A stretch of DNA of 64,000 nt from a virus (IMGVR_UViG_3300028549_001457:160001-224000), one strand, 5' to 3'. Shown: positions 9,088 through 17,795, counted from the first letter of the stretch. The notes: generated by a model not told the origin, from the sequence alone. Program-made: numbers and translations.

Positions 9088-11803
9088 TACAACTAAGCTT
9101 AACTTAGCTCGTCCAGCGCAGGGGACTATTCCCTGGGATACACTCATCAACACTAATTTTACCCTCATTGATGATGAGGCTACAAGAATTGATCTTGTTA
9201 AAGCTCCGATCCACTCCCCTGAGCTTACTGGAACCCCTCTATCTGTGACTCCAACTCAAGATGATAGTTCTACAAAAATAGCTACAACGGAATTTTACGC
9301 TGGGCAAGCTGGCTCAGTAGCGCCTCTTATGGATGGGCTAGCTGCGGTAGGCACATCGCTACGGCACTCCAGGGAGGATCACCGCCATCCCACGGATACT
9401 TCTCTAGCCTCCCTGGAATCCCCTAGTTTCTCGGGGGTTCCTACCGCACCCACACCTTCCACGGTTAATAATTCAACAGCCATAGCAACCACGGCATTTG
9501 TTAAGGCTCAGGGATACCTAACGGAGGTTACGCTTTCTGGGGATATCACAGGGACGGGACTCCCCACGATATCCACCACGTTAGCTGATACGGGGGTCCC
9601 AGCGGGGACCTATTCAACGGTTACGGTGGATTCTAAGGGGAGAGTTCTATTTGGGTCATCGCCTACTACACTGGCAGGGTATGGTATTTCCGATGCTCAA
9701 CCTTTGAATTCTAGCCTATCAGCTATAGCAACCCTCACGGGAACTACAGGGGTGCTGAGAAAAACACTGGCTGATACGTGGGAGCTTGACTCAACCGTCT
9801 TAACGGGCATTCTGGTTACTTCCCCTCTTATAGCTACGGGCACTACAACGCCTACTTTAGAGATTCCTCCAGCATCTCCTGGGGTTGATGGTTTCATGAC
9901 TGGGGTGTATGCAACCAAATTAGAGGGGATTGCTGAGGGGGCTACTGCCAATGTTGGAACAGTTACCTCCGTTTCTGGGTCTGGCTTGGTCAATGGGATC
10001 ACCCTGACTGGGAACATAACTTCTTCGGGGACTTTGACTCTAGGGGGTGCTCTTACTGGGTTTGCCCCAACAACCCGGAGAATTAATACTACACTACCCC
10101 TAACTGGAGGCGGCAACCTTTCCAGTGATTTAACGCTAACTATGCCTGCCGCCACTACCCTGGTCTCAGGGTATATGACCGCAGAGCAAGCTACTAAGTT
10201 GGAGGGGGTGTCCAATAATGCTACTAATTATACGCACCCCCTGACCCATCCACCCTCAATTATTGCTCAGGATTCGTCAAATCTATTTGTTACCGCTGAG
10301 GAAAAATCTATCTGGAATACCCAGATTTCTTCGATTACCGCTACCCCACCTATTTATCGCACAACAGGGACCTCCCCTACTATATCGATGCCTCCTGCAT
10401 CAGATGGCGTTAATGGATACATGACTGCTGGGTATGCGTCAAAACTGGATGGTATCTCAGCATATGCTAGGCCAGGTACTGTTACCTCAGTAGATACGGC
10501 TGCTGCAACTAATGGGGTGACTACTAGTTGGTCTAATATATCCATTGCCCCAAGACTCTCGATAGGCTTGGGGGAAATTACCCCTACCTCTATCGAGACA
10601 GGCTCTGGAACCTTCTCTGGAACTGTGTCGGCCCCTCTTTTTGATGCCGCCACGCTGAATCTAGGAACGGCAACCGCCTCAGCTATAAACCTAGGAACTG
10701 CTGCAAGCACCCAGACAATCAACATTGGTACAGGTTCAGGTGCAACTACCATTAATATTGGTGGAGCTGGAGATACTGTAGCTATAGCAGGAACTTTAAC
10801 TACAGTAAATACAACTAACACCAATATTTTGGACAAGCTAGTTACGTTAAATAAAGGAGGGGGTGCAGCTTCTGGTTCGGCCACTGGTATTGAAATAGAA
10901 GAGAATGCTGCTATTACAGGTTATCTACGATCCTCTGGGGATCGAACTGGCTTTGAGTTTAAAGCTCCTGCTACCGCAGGGGTAGCTACGCTAACACCTG
11001 GGTCCTCTGAAGTCTCCATTTGGCACTCTGGTAATCTATCCAATCTAAATCAGTTAACCAATGGCCCCGGCTACATCACTGCTTCTGCTTCAATTACTGG
11101 AAATGCTGCTACTGCTACTCACCTTGTTATGAATGCGGTAGCCGCGTCAACTGATCTAAATAGCTATACAACAGCGGGTCTCTACCATTGTCCAGCCAAT
11201 GCAACCGCTGCCACTCTCACAAATTGCCCAACTGCCAACGCCTTTGGGATGCTGGTCGCAAATGCCTCAGGAGCGTCTCAATTTCTTTGGGAATACCCCA
11301 CTGCTGCAACGTCTAAATATTGGATGCGTAGCCTATACAACTCCACCTGGGGACCCTGGACTCGCATCCTAAAAGAAGACTCTTCAACCTATGCTATATC
11401 TATTTCAGGTAATGCTGCTACAGATACTACTAGGGCTGCCGTAGCACAAACAATGTATATTGGTACTACAGCAGTAGCTATCAATAGAGCTAGTGCAGCG
11501 TTAACATTAGCTGGAGTTGATTTTTCAGATGCTGTAACTGGAACATCATTTAATAGTATCACTGGATTAGCTTCTGTAGCACCAGTAATAGATGGAACTG
11601 CTACAGTAGGAACATCAACATTAGCAGCTAGACAAGATCATAAACATCCCACGGATACTACTAGGGCTGCGCTTTCGGGAGCTGCTTTCACCGGACAGGT
11701 TACCATACCATCTGCTGGACTTAAACTAAAAGATAGCTCCACAGGCTACTATGTTCTGACCATGGTGAATGGGATTCTTACACAAACTTACAGTGCTACC
11801 TAA
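9071..11803 (+). CDS. tail fibre-like protein
   Basis: 910 aa G/S/T/A-rich; STKIATT, MDGLAAVGTSLRHSREDHRHPTD and GTYSTVTVDSKGRV...PTTLAGYGI fibre repeats. Confidence 0.75.
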   Translation: MDMATNTTKLNLARPAQGTIPWDTLINTNFTLIDDEATRIDLVKAPIHSPELTGTPLSVTPTQDDSSTKIATTEFYAGQAGSVAPLMDGLAAVGTSLRHSREDHRHPTDTSLASLESPSFSGVPTAPTPSTVNNSTAIATTAFVKAQGYLTEVTLSGDITGTGLPTISTTLADTGVPAGTYSTVTVDSKGRVLFGSSPTTLAGYGISDAQPLNSSLSAIATLTGTTGVLRKTLADTWELDSTVLTGILVTSPLIATGTTTPTLEIPPASPGVDGFMTGVYATKLEGIAEGATANVGTVTSVSGSGLVNGITLTGNITSSGTLTLGGALTGFAPTTRRINTTLPLTGGGNLSSDLTLTMPAATTLVSGYMTAEQATKLEGVSNNATNYTHPLTHPPSIIAQDSSNLFVTAEEKSIWNTQISSITATPPIYRTTGTSPTISMPPASDGVNGYMTAGYASKLDGISAYARPGTVTSVDTAAATNGVTTSWSNISIAPRLSIGLGEITPTSIETGSGTFSGTVSAPLFDAATLNLGTATASAINLGTAASTQTINIGTGSGATTINIGGAGDTVAIAGTLTTVNTTNTNILDKLVTLNKGGGAASGSATGIEIEENAAITGYLRSSGDRTGFEFKAPATAGVATLTPGSSEVSIWHSGNLSNLNQLTNGPGYITASASITGNAATATHLVMNAVAASTDLNSYTTAGLYHCPANATAATLTNCPTANAFGMLVANASGASQFLWEYPTAATSKYWMRSLYNSTWGPWTRILKEDSSTYAISISGNAATDTTRAAVAQTMYIGTTAVAINRASAALTLAGVDFSDAVTGTSFNSITGLASVAPVIDGTATVGTSTLAARQDHKHPTDTTRAALSGAAFTGQVTIPSAGLKLKDSSTGYYVLTMVNGILTQTYSAT

Positions 11804-11810
11804 AATATTC

Positions 11811-11839
11811 TGAACTTCTAAGAAAACCCACCCGTATCT
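11811..11839 (+). promoter_or_regulatory. ECF-like promoter TGAACT-N16-CGTATCT
   Basis: recurring motif upstream of the RNA gene array. Confidence 0.6.
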
Positions 11840-11875
11840 CTAGGTAGCCTGTTAGAGGGACTCAAAACTTTCCTC

Positions 11876-11904
11876 TTGACATGCGCCCCCACCTGCGCTA
11901 GTCT
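11876..11904 (+). promoter_or_regulatory. sigma70-like promoter TTGACA-N17-TAGTCT
   Basis: consensus -35 and 17 nt spacer. Confidence 0.5.
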
Positions 11905-12261
11905 GGTTGGGTAGCAGAAACCAAACTTTTTCTTTATATACAGCACTACCACAGGAGCTTCACTTCAATGTCTACTTGGTCCTTACTATCCTCGATGCCT
12001 CGGCAATCCGCCAAGGCCGAGGTGTGCTCACGCCCAGAACAGGGTTGTGGCAAAGGATATCGTAGCCATACGTCTTCCAGCGCGACCCCCTTTATTAATA
12101 GCACCTTCGCACTGAACCTTGACGCCCCCTCCCCGCCCTAACCGCAGACCCATTGGTACCCTTGATAAGGGCTGCGGAACACCGAAAGGGACCGCAGCCC
12201 TTTCTCTTTGTTACACTCAAAGGTCAGTCTCACGGGAACGACCTCAGATCCTAGAAAATAT

Positions 12262-12351
12262 GGAAGATCGGCAGAGTTGGAGTGCTGCACTGGTTTGCTA
12301 AACCAGCGACTTGAAAGAGTTGAAAGGGTTCGATTCCCTTATCTTCCGCCA
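12262..12351 (+). tRNA. tRNA-Ser(GCT)
   Basis: cloverleaf, long V arm, GCCA end. Confidence 0.9.
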
Positions 12352-12734
12352 ATCGGTTCAGGAGTGTAATGTGGGTCCCCCCACGTTGTCTCAAACGCTA
12401 CCTGACTAAGCTGAAGGGCGACCTCCCTTTGGACCACCTCCATTAGGCTCACGGGCCTATCACAGATCCTAGACAACTAAATAATAGATATAATAAGCCA
12501 ACCCCCTCCCGTTCTTATGGGCGGGAGGGGAGAGACTTTGAGGTAATTGATACTCAAGTCGATAATTGGTCTAGCATTTTTTGACATACTTTGAGAGCTA
12601 GGATACTCGACAGATCAACTTTCGGTGGAGCATACTCCATGGAGCATCATCGGTATCAACGGGACTTAGGTGACAATATAAATGTAAAAGACCGCTCTGG
12701 AGCAACCCCACAGAGTAATACTCGGGGTTACTAT

Positions 12735-12814
12735 AGCAGTGAGCGCAAAGTGGTCGAGCGACCTGTCCTTCAAACAGGTTATTCTAGCGGGTTCAAGTCC
12801 CGTCACTGCTACCA
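12735..12814 (+). tRNA. tRNA-Glu(TTC)
   Basis: cctgt-cc ttc aa-acagg arm; ACCA end. Confidence 0.85.
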
Positions 12815-12816
12815 AT

Positions 12817-12891
12817 GACTCCATCTTCTAACGGCTAGGAAAACTGGTTCTCATCCAGTAAATAGGGGTTCAATTCCCCTTGGGGTTACCA
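12817..12891 (+). tRNA. tRNA-Glu(CTC)
   Basis: actgg-tt ctc at-ccagt arm; ACCA end. Confidence 0.85.
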
Positions 12892-12892
12892 T

Positions 12893-12969
12893 CGGTGTGA
12901 AAGTGAGTCTGGTCCACGGCTCGCCCCGGAAGCGAGAGATCGTCGGTTCAAATCCGACCACACCGACCA
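12893..12969 (+). tRNA. tRNA-Pro(CGG)
   Basis: ctcgc-cc cgg aa-gcgag arm; ACCA end. Confidence 0.85.
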
Positions 12970-12981
12970 AAATTTAAACAA

Positions 12982-13066
12982 TGTCGAGCGCACCTCACTG
13001 GACGGGGTATTGGTCTGTAACACCAGCGTTGGAAACAGCAACAGGGTTCGATCCCTGGCTAGGCAA
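12982..13066 (+). pseudogene. degenerate tRNA-Tyr(GTA)
   Basis: similar to tRNA at 17895 but acceptor mismatch and no CCA. Confidence 0.6.
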
Positions 13067-13080
13067 GGAGGGCAAAATAT

Positions 13081-13175
13081 CGCGGGGTAGAGGAGCCTGG
13101 AGTCCTCATGAGTCTCATAAACTCGAAAAAGGGTCACAAACCCTGTCGCTGGTTCAAATCCAGCCCCCGCTTCCA
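13081..13175 (+). tRNA. tRNA-Met(CAT), initiator-like, with long variable arm (copy 1)
   Basis: C1:U72 mismatch; 22 nt V region with agggt/accct hairpin; TCCA end. Confidence 0.8.
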
Positions 13176-13180
13176 ACAAT

Positions 13181-13270
13181 CGGCGCGTAGCCTTGTAAGC
13201 CGTAAGTAGTTGGTTCAAATCCAACCGAACCCGAAAGGGTTTAACCTCCTCCTCAACTATCTCTGAAGGT
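13181..13270 (+). pseudogene. probable Y-RNA remnant (permuted T arm plus GAAA-capped acceptor stem)
   Basis: gttgg-ttcaaat-ccaac then gaaccc-gaaa-gggttt; 3' caactatct-ctgaagg resembles neighbouring Y-like 3' ends. Confidence 0.4.
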
Positions 13271-13277
13271 TTCATTT

Positions 13278-13351
13278 GGTTCCATAGTTTAACGGTAAAA
13301 TGTTGGCTTGTCACGCCAATGTCAGGGGTTCAACTCCCCTTGGAACCGCCA
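13278..13351 (+). tRNA. tRNA-Asp(GTC)
   Basis: cloverleaf; GCCA end. Confidence 0.9.
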
Positions 13352-13353
13352 AT

Positions 13354-13493
13354 AAGTCTTTCAGTAGCAACATTTGAGATACTTCGCCTGTAAAGCGGGA
13401 TGTCGTGAGTTCGAGTCTCACCAGGGGGCAACCTCTGTAGCTCAGTTGGATAGAGCGCCTAAACCTCTCGGATGGCCTTTCTCTGAAAGATTT
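13354..13493 (+). ncRNA. YrlA-like Y RNA 1 (permuted tRNA domain, acceptor capped by GCAA)
   Basis: outer stem gtctttcag/ctgaaagat, TAG, inner stem catttgag/ctcggatg, ATACTTC, then anticodon arm, T arm, acceptor, D arm. Confidence 0.75.
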
Positions 13494-13500
13494 CTTTTTA

Positions 13501-13652
13501 AACCTTGCAATAGCTAGACAAGCCTTACTTCGCCCGTTAAGCGCGTAAAGCGGTGGTTCGACTCCATCATCCGGCACCAGAACAACCCATGCCGGATTAG
13601 CCCAGTGGTAGAGGCACGTAAAATTCGGCTAGTCAATTTTCTTTGCAAGGTT
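13501..13652 (+). ncRNA. YrlA-like Y RNA 2 (permuted tRNA domain with internal ACCA)
   Basis: outer stem aaccttgcaa/ttgcaaggtt, TAG, gacaagcc/ggctagtc, TTACTTC; atccggc-ACCA-11 nt-gccggat. Confidence 0.75.
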
Positions 13653-13659
13653 CCAATAT

Positions 13660-13737
13660 GGAAGGTGAGCTAGTGTGGTCATTCAGCGAAGGACTGAAAA
13701 TCCTTAGAAATCGGTTCGATTCCGTTACCTTCCACCA
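13660..13737 (+). tRNA. tRNA-Phe(GAA)
   Basis: aagga-ct gaa aa-tcctt arm; ACCA end. Confidence 0.9.
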
Positions 13738-13884
13738 ATTTCCAGTAGTAAGAAGCAGGATACTTCGATTCAGCTCACGCTGAAGTTTCTTGGTTCGATT
13801 CCAAGATTCCCCGCCAAGTTTAATCTCTGGGGAATTGCCTAATGGTTAGGCGATCAAGCCCTTCTTTAAGTTTCTCTGGGAGTT
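13737..13884 (+). ncRNA. YrlA-like Y RNA 3 (permuted tRNA domain with internal GCCA)
   Basis: outer stem aatttccag/ctgggagtt, TAG, agaag..gg/cccttct, ATACTTC; attcccc-GCCA-12 nt-ggggaat. Confidence 0.75.
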
Positions 13885-13918
13885 TTATACGGTTTCTTCT
13901 TTCATAGAAGGAGCCACC

Positions 13919-14470
13919 ATGACACTCAAGCAAGTCGGTATCGCAGTAGGGGCCGTAATTATTTTAGCTGCCGCTGGGTATGGGATCTATAAGGGGAATA
14001 TAAATGCCCTCACTGACCAACAGCAGATTGAACTAGCCTTCAATAAACTCTTGGCTAACTCACCTTCTACGGTTAAAATTCTTGGTGCGGTAGATATCAC
14101 TAAGATATCTAATGAAAAGCTTAAGGGCTCTGATCTAGGTCAGACTGCCATTTATGCAGATGGGTCATTTACAATAAAAATAGATGTGGAAGATGTCAAA
14201 AGATGCTATGATAGGTTAGAACCAGTCCTAGCCCATGAAATTTTCCATGTATGGCAAGCAACTGTTAAGTCAACTCCAGAACAGTTCATTGAAATGGTTA
14301 ATCGTGAGAAAGCCACCACGGACTGGTCCCATAGGACGTTTGAGATTGAAGCTGTAGCATGGGAAAACGTAATACGAAAAGAACTTCTTGAAGCTAACCC
14401 TAAAGAATTCTCAGGGATGCCCGAGACTCGGGAACTGACAAATGCAAGATATAAAGCTTTGAAGAATTAA
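13919..14470 (+). CDS. putative zinc metallopeptidase with N-terminal membrane anchor
   Basis: LAHEIFHVWQ (HExxH) and downstream FEIEA. Confidence 0.6.
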   Translation: MTLKQVGIAVGAVIILAAAGYGIYKGNINALTDQQQIELAFNKLLANSPSTVKILGAVDITKISNEKLKGSDLGQTAIYADGSFTIKIDVEDVKRCYDRLEPVLAHEIFHVWQATVKSTPEQFIEMVNREKATTDWSHRTFEIEAVAWENVIRKELLEANPKEFSGMPETRELTNARYKALKN

Positions 14471-14524
14471 AATCATTCCCGCTTAGCTCAGTGGTTAAAG
14501 CGAATGACTGGTTTAAGAAACTAA

Positions 14525-14599
14525 GGACTGGTAGCTCAGAGGAAGAGCGCAACCCTGTTAAGGTTGATGTCGAGATATCGTAATTCTCCCAGTTCGCCA
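14525..14599 (+). tRNA. tRNA-Asn(GTT)
   Basis: caacc-ct gtt aa-ggttg arm; atypical T loop atcgtaa; GCCA end. Confidence 0.8.
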
Positions 14600-14661
14600 A
14601 TCATGACCATTCCTGGGACGCCTAGTGGTCTGGCAGTAAGTCCGAGAGTGGGAGCCAATCT

Positions 14662-14736
14662 TTTCTCAAGTAGCTAGGAGTAGCGTTACTTCGCTTTTGG
14701 TGCAAAAAACACGCGATCCACTTTTCTCTTGAGAAA
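14662..14736 (+). ncRNA. minimal Y-like RNA 4 (scaffold with a single short hairpin)
   Basis: tttctcaag/cttgagaaa, TAG, gga..gcg/cgc..tcc, TTACTTC, TTTTCT. Confidence 0.6.
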
Positions 14737-14786
14737 GTTTTTCTGTATCTTGTATGTCTCCCACTAAACTGGGAGTGGATTGAAAT

Positions 14787-14862
14787 GGGCCGGAAGATTT
14801 AATGGGAAATCGCTGCCCTTGCACGGCGGAGAATGTCGGTTCGATCCCGATGCGGTCCACCA
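14787..14862 (+). tRNA. tRNA-Ala(TGC)
   Basis: G3:U70; ctgcc-ct tgc ac-ggcgg arm; ACCA end. Confidence 0.85.
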
Positions 14863-14869
14863 ATTTTTA

Positions 14870-15204
14870 GGTAAACCTGGACATCGCTGGCTAACCACCA
14901 GAGGAAAGTCGGGACTCCACAGAGCAACAAGCCAGCTAACTACTGGGCAGGGCAACCTGACGGAAAGTGCAACAGAAAGCAAACCGCCGATGGCCCGAAA
15001 GGGATCAGGTAAGGGTGAAAGGGTGGAGTAAGAGCCCACCGCTGGACTGGTAACAGGACAGGCATGGTAAACCCCTTGTGGAGCAAGGCAAACAGAGGAT
15101 GATGACCCTGCTCGGGTAGTCTTCGGGTTGCTGCTAGAGGCCAACAGTGATGCTGGTCCCAGAGGAATGATGTCACACGACAGAATCCCGCTTATGGTTC
15201 ACCT
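14870..15204 (+). ncRNA. rnpB: RNase P RNA (type A-like)
   Basis: GAGGAAAGTCGGGA and ACAGAATCCCGCTTA form a compensated P4; GGAAAGTGCAACAGAAA, GGTAAACCCC and GAGCAAGGC conserved regions. Confidence 0.95.
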
Positions 15205-15286
15205 ATAATAAATTCGGGCTGGCCTCATGGAGAGGTCGGGGTAACGAGGGCATGCACTCCCTCCCCGCTCGGAAATTCAAAACAAT

Positions 15287-15381
15287 AGCGGGGTAGAGGA
15301 GCCTGGAGTCCTCATGAGTCTCATAAACTCGAAAAAGGGTCACAAACCCTGTCGCTGGTTCAAATCCAGCCCCCGCCTCCA
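15287..15381 (+). tRNA. tRNA-Met(CAT), initiator-like, with long variable arm (copy 2)
   Basis: identical to 13081 copy except positions 1 and 72 (A1:C72). Confidence 0.8.
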
Positions 15382-15414
15382 TTTTTTAAATCGGATGCTG
15401 AGCATCCCCATAAA

Positions 15415-15488
15415 CGGTGCGTATCTCAAAGGAAGAGTGCTGGTCTGTGATACCAGTTATGAGAGTTCGAGTCTCTCCGCACCTGCCA
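15415..15488 (+). tRNA. tRNA-His(GTG)
   Basis: ctggt-ct gtg at-accag arm; lacks the G-1:C73 pair. Confidence 0.7.
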
Positions 15489-15494
15489 ATCCAA

Positions 15495-15570
15495 GGGTCC
15501 TTAACTCAATGGCTAGAGTACTCGCCTCTTAAGCGATAGGTTCCGGGTTCAAATCCCGGAGGACCCACCA
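15495..15570 (+). tRNA. tRNA-Lys(CTT)
   Basis: cloverleaf; ACCA end. Confidence 0.9.
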
Positions 15571-15577
15571 ATCTTAT

Positions 15578-15654
15578 GCCAGCAAAGCCAACTCGGTGGA
15601 GGCGCAGGATTCATATCCCTGATAGGGCCAGTTCGAAACTGGCTGCTGGTACCA
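15578..15654 (+). tRNA. tRNA with CAT anticodon (elongator Met or Ile2)
   Basis: cagga-tt cat at-ccctg arm; ACCA end. Confidence 0.8.
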
Positions 15655-15661
15655 ATATGTC

Positions 15662-15690
15662 TGGATCTTTTACTGGAATCGAGCGTATCT
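15662..15690 (+). promoter_or_regulatory. ECF-like promoter TGGATC-N16-CGTATCT
   Basis: recurring motif. Confidence 0.6.
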
Positions 15691-15696
15691 AGTGGC

Positions 15697-16047
15697 ATGG
15701 AGCTTCAAATGATGACACCTATCCAACAGCAACGACAGCATGAGCGGCGAGAACGGATTCTAACCCTTATGAGGAGTATGGTTTTGGCTAGTGAAAACTC
15801 TAAGAGCCTTATGCGGCACGTTCCCATCCCTAAGGCTGACATTACAGAACTCTCTATTCATCTTCGCGGCTTTTTTAATGCTTTGGACGAGGATCTCGAT
15901 GAATCCGAAGCTCAGGCATCTTCAGCTTTGGCGGGGGATCTTCGAGAAGTTCTCGCCAAACATGGCTACTCAAGTGGCCCCACGGCTTCGAGTTCCCACC
16001 CTGGTTATGATGACTTCCGTAGAGAGGGTGGACGTTTTGGGGATTAG
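15697..16047 (+). CDS. hypothetical protein
   Basis: ORF directly after promoter motif. Confidence 0.55.
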   Translation: MELQMMTPIQQQRQHERRERILTLMRSMVLASENSKSLMRHVPIPKADITELSIHLRGFFNALDEDLDESEAQASSALAGDLREVLAKHGYSSGPTASSSHPGYDDFRREGGRFGD

Positions 16048-16078
16048 GTGCTAACATCTCCTTTTCCTGGAGGCCTAC

Positions 16079-16348
16079 ATGGTCACAGATGATGAGATGT
16101 ATGACACCCTACGAGCGTTGCTTAATACGGGATTTAACTCACCTGTAAGGATATCTAAGAAAGTTAGCCTCCCCCTAGATTTGGTGGAGGAAGCTCTTGA
16201 ACTGGCTTTGGATAGGGGACTGGTAGTATCCACCCCTGGCTTGAGGGACTTCATGCTCAATTCCTCTGGGGAGTTGATGATCCACAATGATTCCCTACGG
16301 AAAATCGTGGAGTTTGAATCTCAAGCCTTCAACCAGGATTCTTGGTAA
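16079..16348 (+). CDS. hypothetical protein, possible winged helix
   Basis: GGAGG RBS; ISKKVSLPLDLVEEALE. Confidence 0.55.
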   Translation: MVTDDEMYDTLRALLNTGFNSPVRISKKVSLPLDLVEEALELALDRGLVVSTPGLRDFMLNSSGELMIHNDSLRKIVEFESQAFNQDSW

Positions 16349-16351
16349 TAG

Positions 16352-16428
16352 CTGCACGTAGCCCAATTGGAAGAGGCACAAGGTTCAAATTCTTGTCAGT
16401 GTGGGTTCGACCCCCTCCGTGCGGACCA
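16352..16428 (+). tRNA. tRNA-Leu(CAA), short variable loop
   Basis: caagg-tt caa at-tcttg arm; ACCA end. Confidence 0.8.
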
Positions 16429-16433
16429 AAAAT

Positions 16434-16511
16434 GCCGATGTGATGAAACTGGCTTGACATCTCATACTCAAAATATGGGTCTTGGGGGTTCGAATCCCTC
16501 CATCGGCACCA
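16434..16511 (+). tRNA. tRNA-Leu(CAA), short variable loop
   Basis: tcata-ct caa aa-tatgg arm; ACCA end. Confidence 0.8.
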
Positions 16512-16516
16512 ATCTA

Positions 16517-16593
16517 GCCCCCATGGACAAATGGCAAAGTCGCTCGGTTCAGATCCGAGAGTTCTCCCAGTTCGAGTCTGGGTGGGGGTACCA
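16517..16593 (+). tRNA. tRNA-Leu(CAG), short variable loop
   Basis: ctcgg-tt cag at-ccgag arm; ACCA end. Confidence 0.8.
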
Positions 16594-16638
16594 AAAATTA
16601 GTTCGAATCTACTATTCTTAACTCGTAACTAAGACAAT

Positions 16639-16712
16639 TGGGATGTAGGCTAATGGCAAACCAGGAGGTTTTGATCCTCCCTTTCCCCGTTCGAGTCGGG
16701 GCATCCTAACCA
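16639..16712 (+). tRNA. tRNA-Gln(TTG)
   Basis: cloverleaf; ACCA end. Confidence 0.9.
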
Positions 16713-16721
16713 ATCTTTGAC

Positions 16722-16810
16722 AGGCGTGTGATGTATGGCTGCATAGGCGGTCTTATAAACCGCTAGCAGATTAGCTCCTTGTTCCAGTTCGACTCTGGAC
16801 ACGCCTACCA
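16722..16810 (+). tRNA. tRNA-Ile(TAT) with long variable arm
   Basis: gcggt-ct tat aa-accgc arm; ACCA end. Confidence 0.8.
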
Positions 16811-16842
16811 AATGTTAACGAAGTGTGTTATAATTTAATCAT

Positions 16843-16920
16843 CGGCCACTAGCGCAGTCTGGTTAGCGCACTAGCTTTGGGAGCTAGGGGTCCTCAGTTC
16901 GAATCTGAGGTGGCCGACCA
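16843..16920 (+). tRNA. tRNA-Pro(TGG)
   Basis: cloverleaf; ACCA end. Confidence 0.9.
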
Positions 16921-16972
16921 TTACATGATGTAAGGAAGACACACAGGGTATTTCCTTTATAAGGAGGCTTAC

Positions 16973-17530
16973 ATGCCTACGTGTCTTAATTGTGGGGTAT
17001 CATTTCCTAATAGAATTGTGATTGACGGTATGGATCGGGTTATTAATACTCGAAAGTATTGTTTAATCTGTTCTCCCTACAAGTGTCGTAATACCGTTAG
17101 GATACACCTTAAAAAAGTTCCAAAGTGTTCAATTTGTGGTGAGGAAAACCCATCCAGATTCTACGGTAAAAAGTTTACACGGTGTGGGAAGTGTCATAAT
17201 GATTACACGATGGCAAAAGCTAGAGAGAAAAGGTTATATGCTACTACAAAATTGGGTGGGAAATGTGCAGTCTGTGGGTTCAATTATTTTAATGAAGCAT
17301 TAGCAATTCATCACCTGGATCCTAGTCTTAAAGACGATAACTTTAAAAATATGTCTGGTTGGTGCTTTTCTAGAATAGATAAAGAGATTGAACACTGCAT
17401 TTTACTCTGCATGAATTGCCACACAGGGTATCATACGGGGCATATAATACTTCCAGACTATACTAACATTTCTGAAGGATTTAATGGTTGCGGAGGTTCA
17501 AATCCTCTCACCCCGACCAATCTTCACTAA
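16973..17530 (+). CDS. HNH endonuclease with Cys-rich N-terminus
   Basis: GGKCAVCG...IHHLDP...CILLCMNCHTGYH; 3' end overlaps a tRNA-Pro 3' fragment. Confidence 0.85.
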   Translation: MPTCLNCGVSFPNRIVIDGMDRVINTRKYCLICSPYKCRNTVRIHLKKVPKCSICGEENPSRFYGKKFTRCGKCHNDYTMAKAREKRLYATTKLGGKCAVCGFNYFNEALAIHHLDPSLKDDNFKNMSGWCFSRIDKEIEHCILLCMNCHTGYHTGHIILPDYTNISEGFNGCGGSNPLTPTNLH

Positions 17531-17570
17531 AGACTCTCCTTTAGTAAATGTCTTTAGTTGAGGTTTCAAA

Positions 17571-17786
17571 ATGGTTGCAAGAGCATTGAGTGTTGATTTC
17601 AGATACCCAAGAGTGGGTGCTAGACTTCTCGTTTATGGGTCTGGGTTTAATCCTGATCGTGTTGGGATCTACCAGGGGAATACGGATACTGGGGACTTAA
17701 TTCTGGACATGGATACTCGAAATATGTTGCCAGATGAGATGAAACTTTTCGTTCTTCCTAAGTATAGTCCCTTTAAGGTTCTTTAA
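17571..17786 (+). CDS. hypothetical protein
   Basis: 71 aa ORF with GAGG RBS. Confidence 0.5.
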   Translation: MVARALSVDFRYPRVGARLLVYGSGFNPDRVGIYQGNTDTGDLILDMDTRNMLPDEMKLFVLPKYSPFKVL

Positions 17787-17795
17787 TTCATTAAT

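Noticed and set aside
13354-13884. True circularly permuted tRNA genes as in red algae or Thermofilum
   Set aside because: No bulge-helix-bulge motifs; the permuted domains are enclosed by a conserved non-tRNA scaffold that also occurs with non-tRNA payloads, fitting Y RNAs better.
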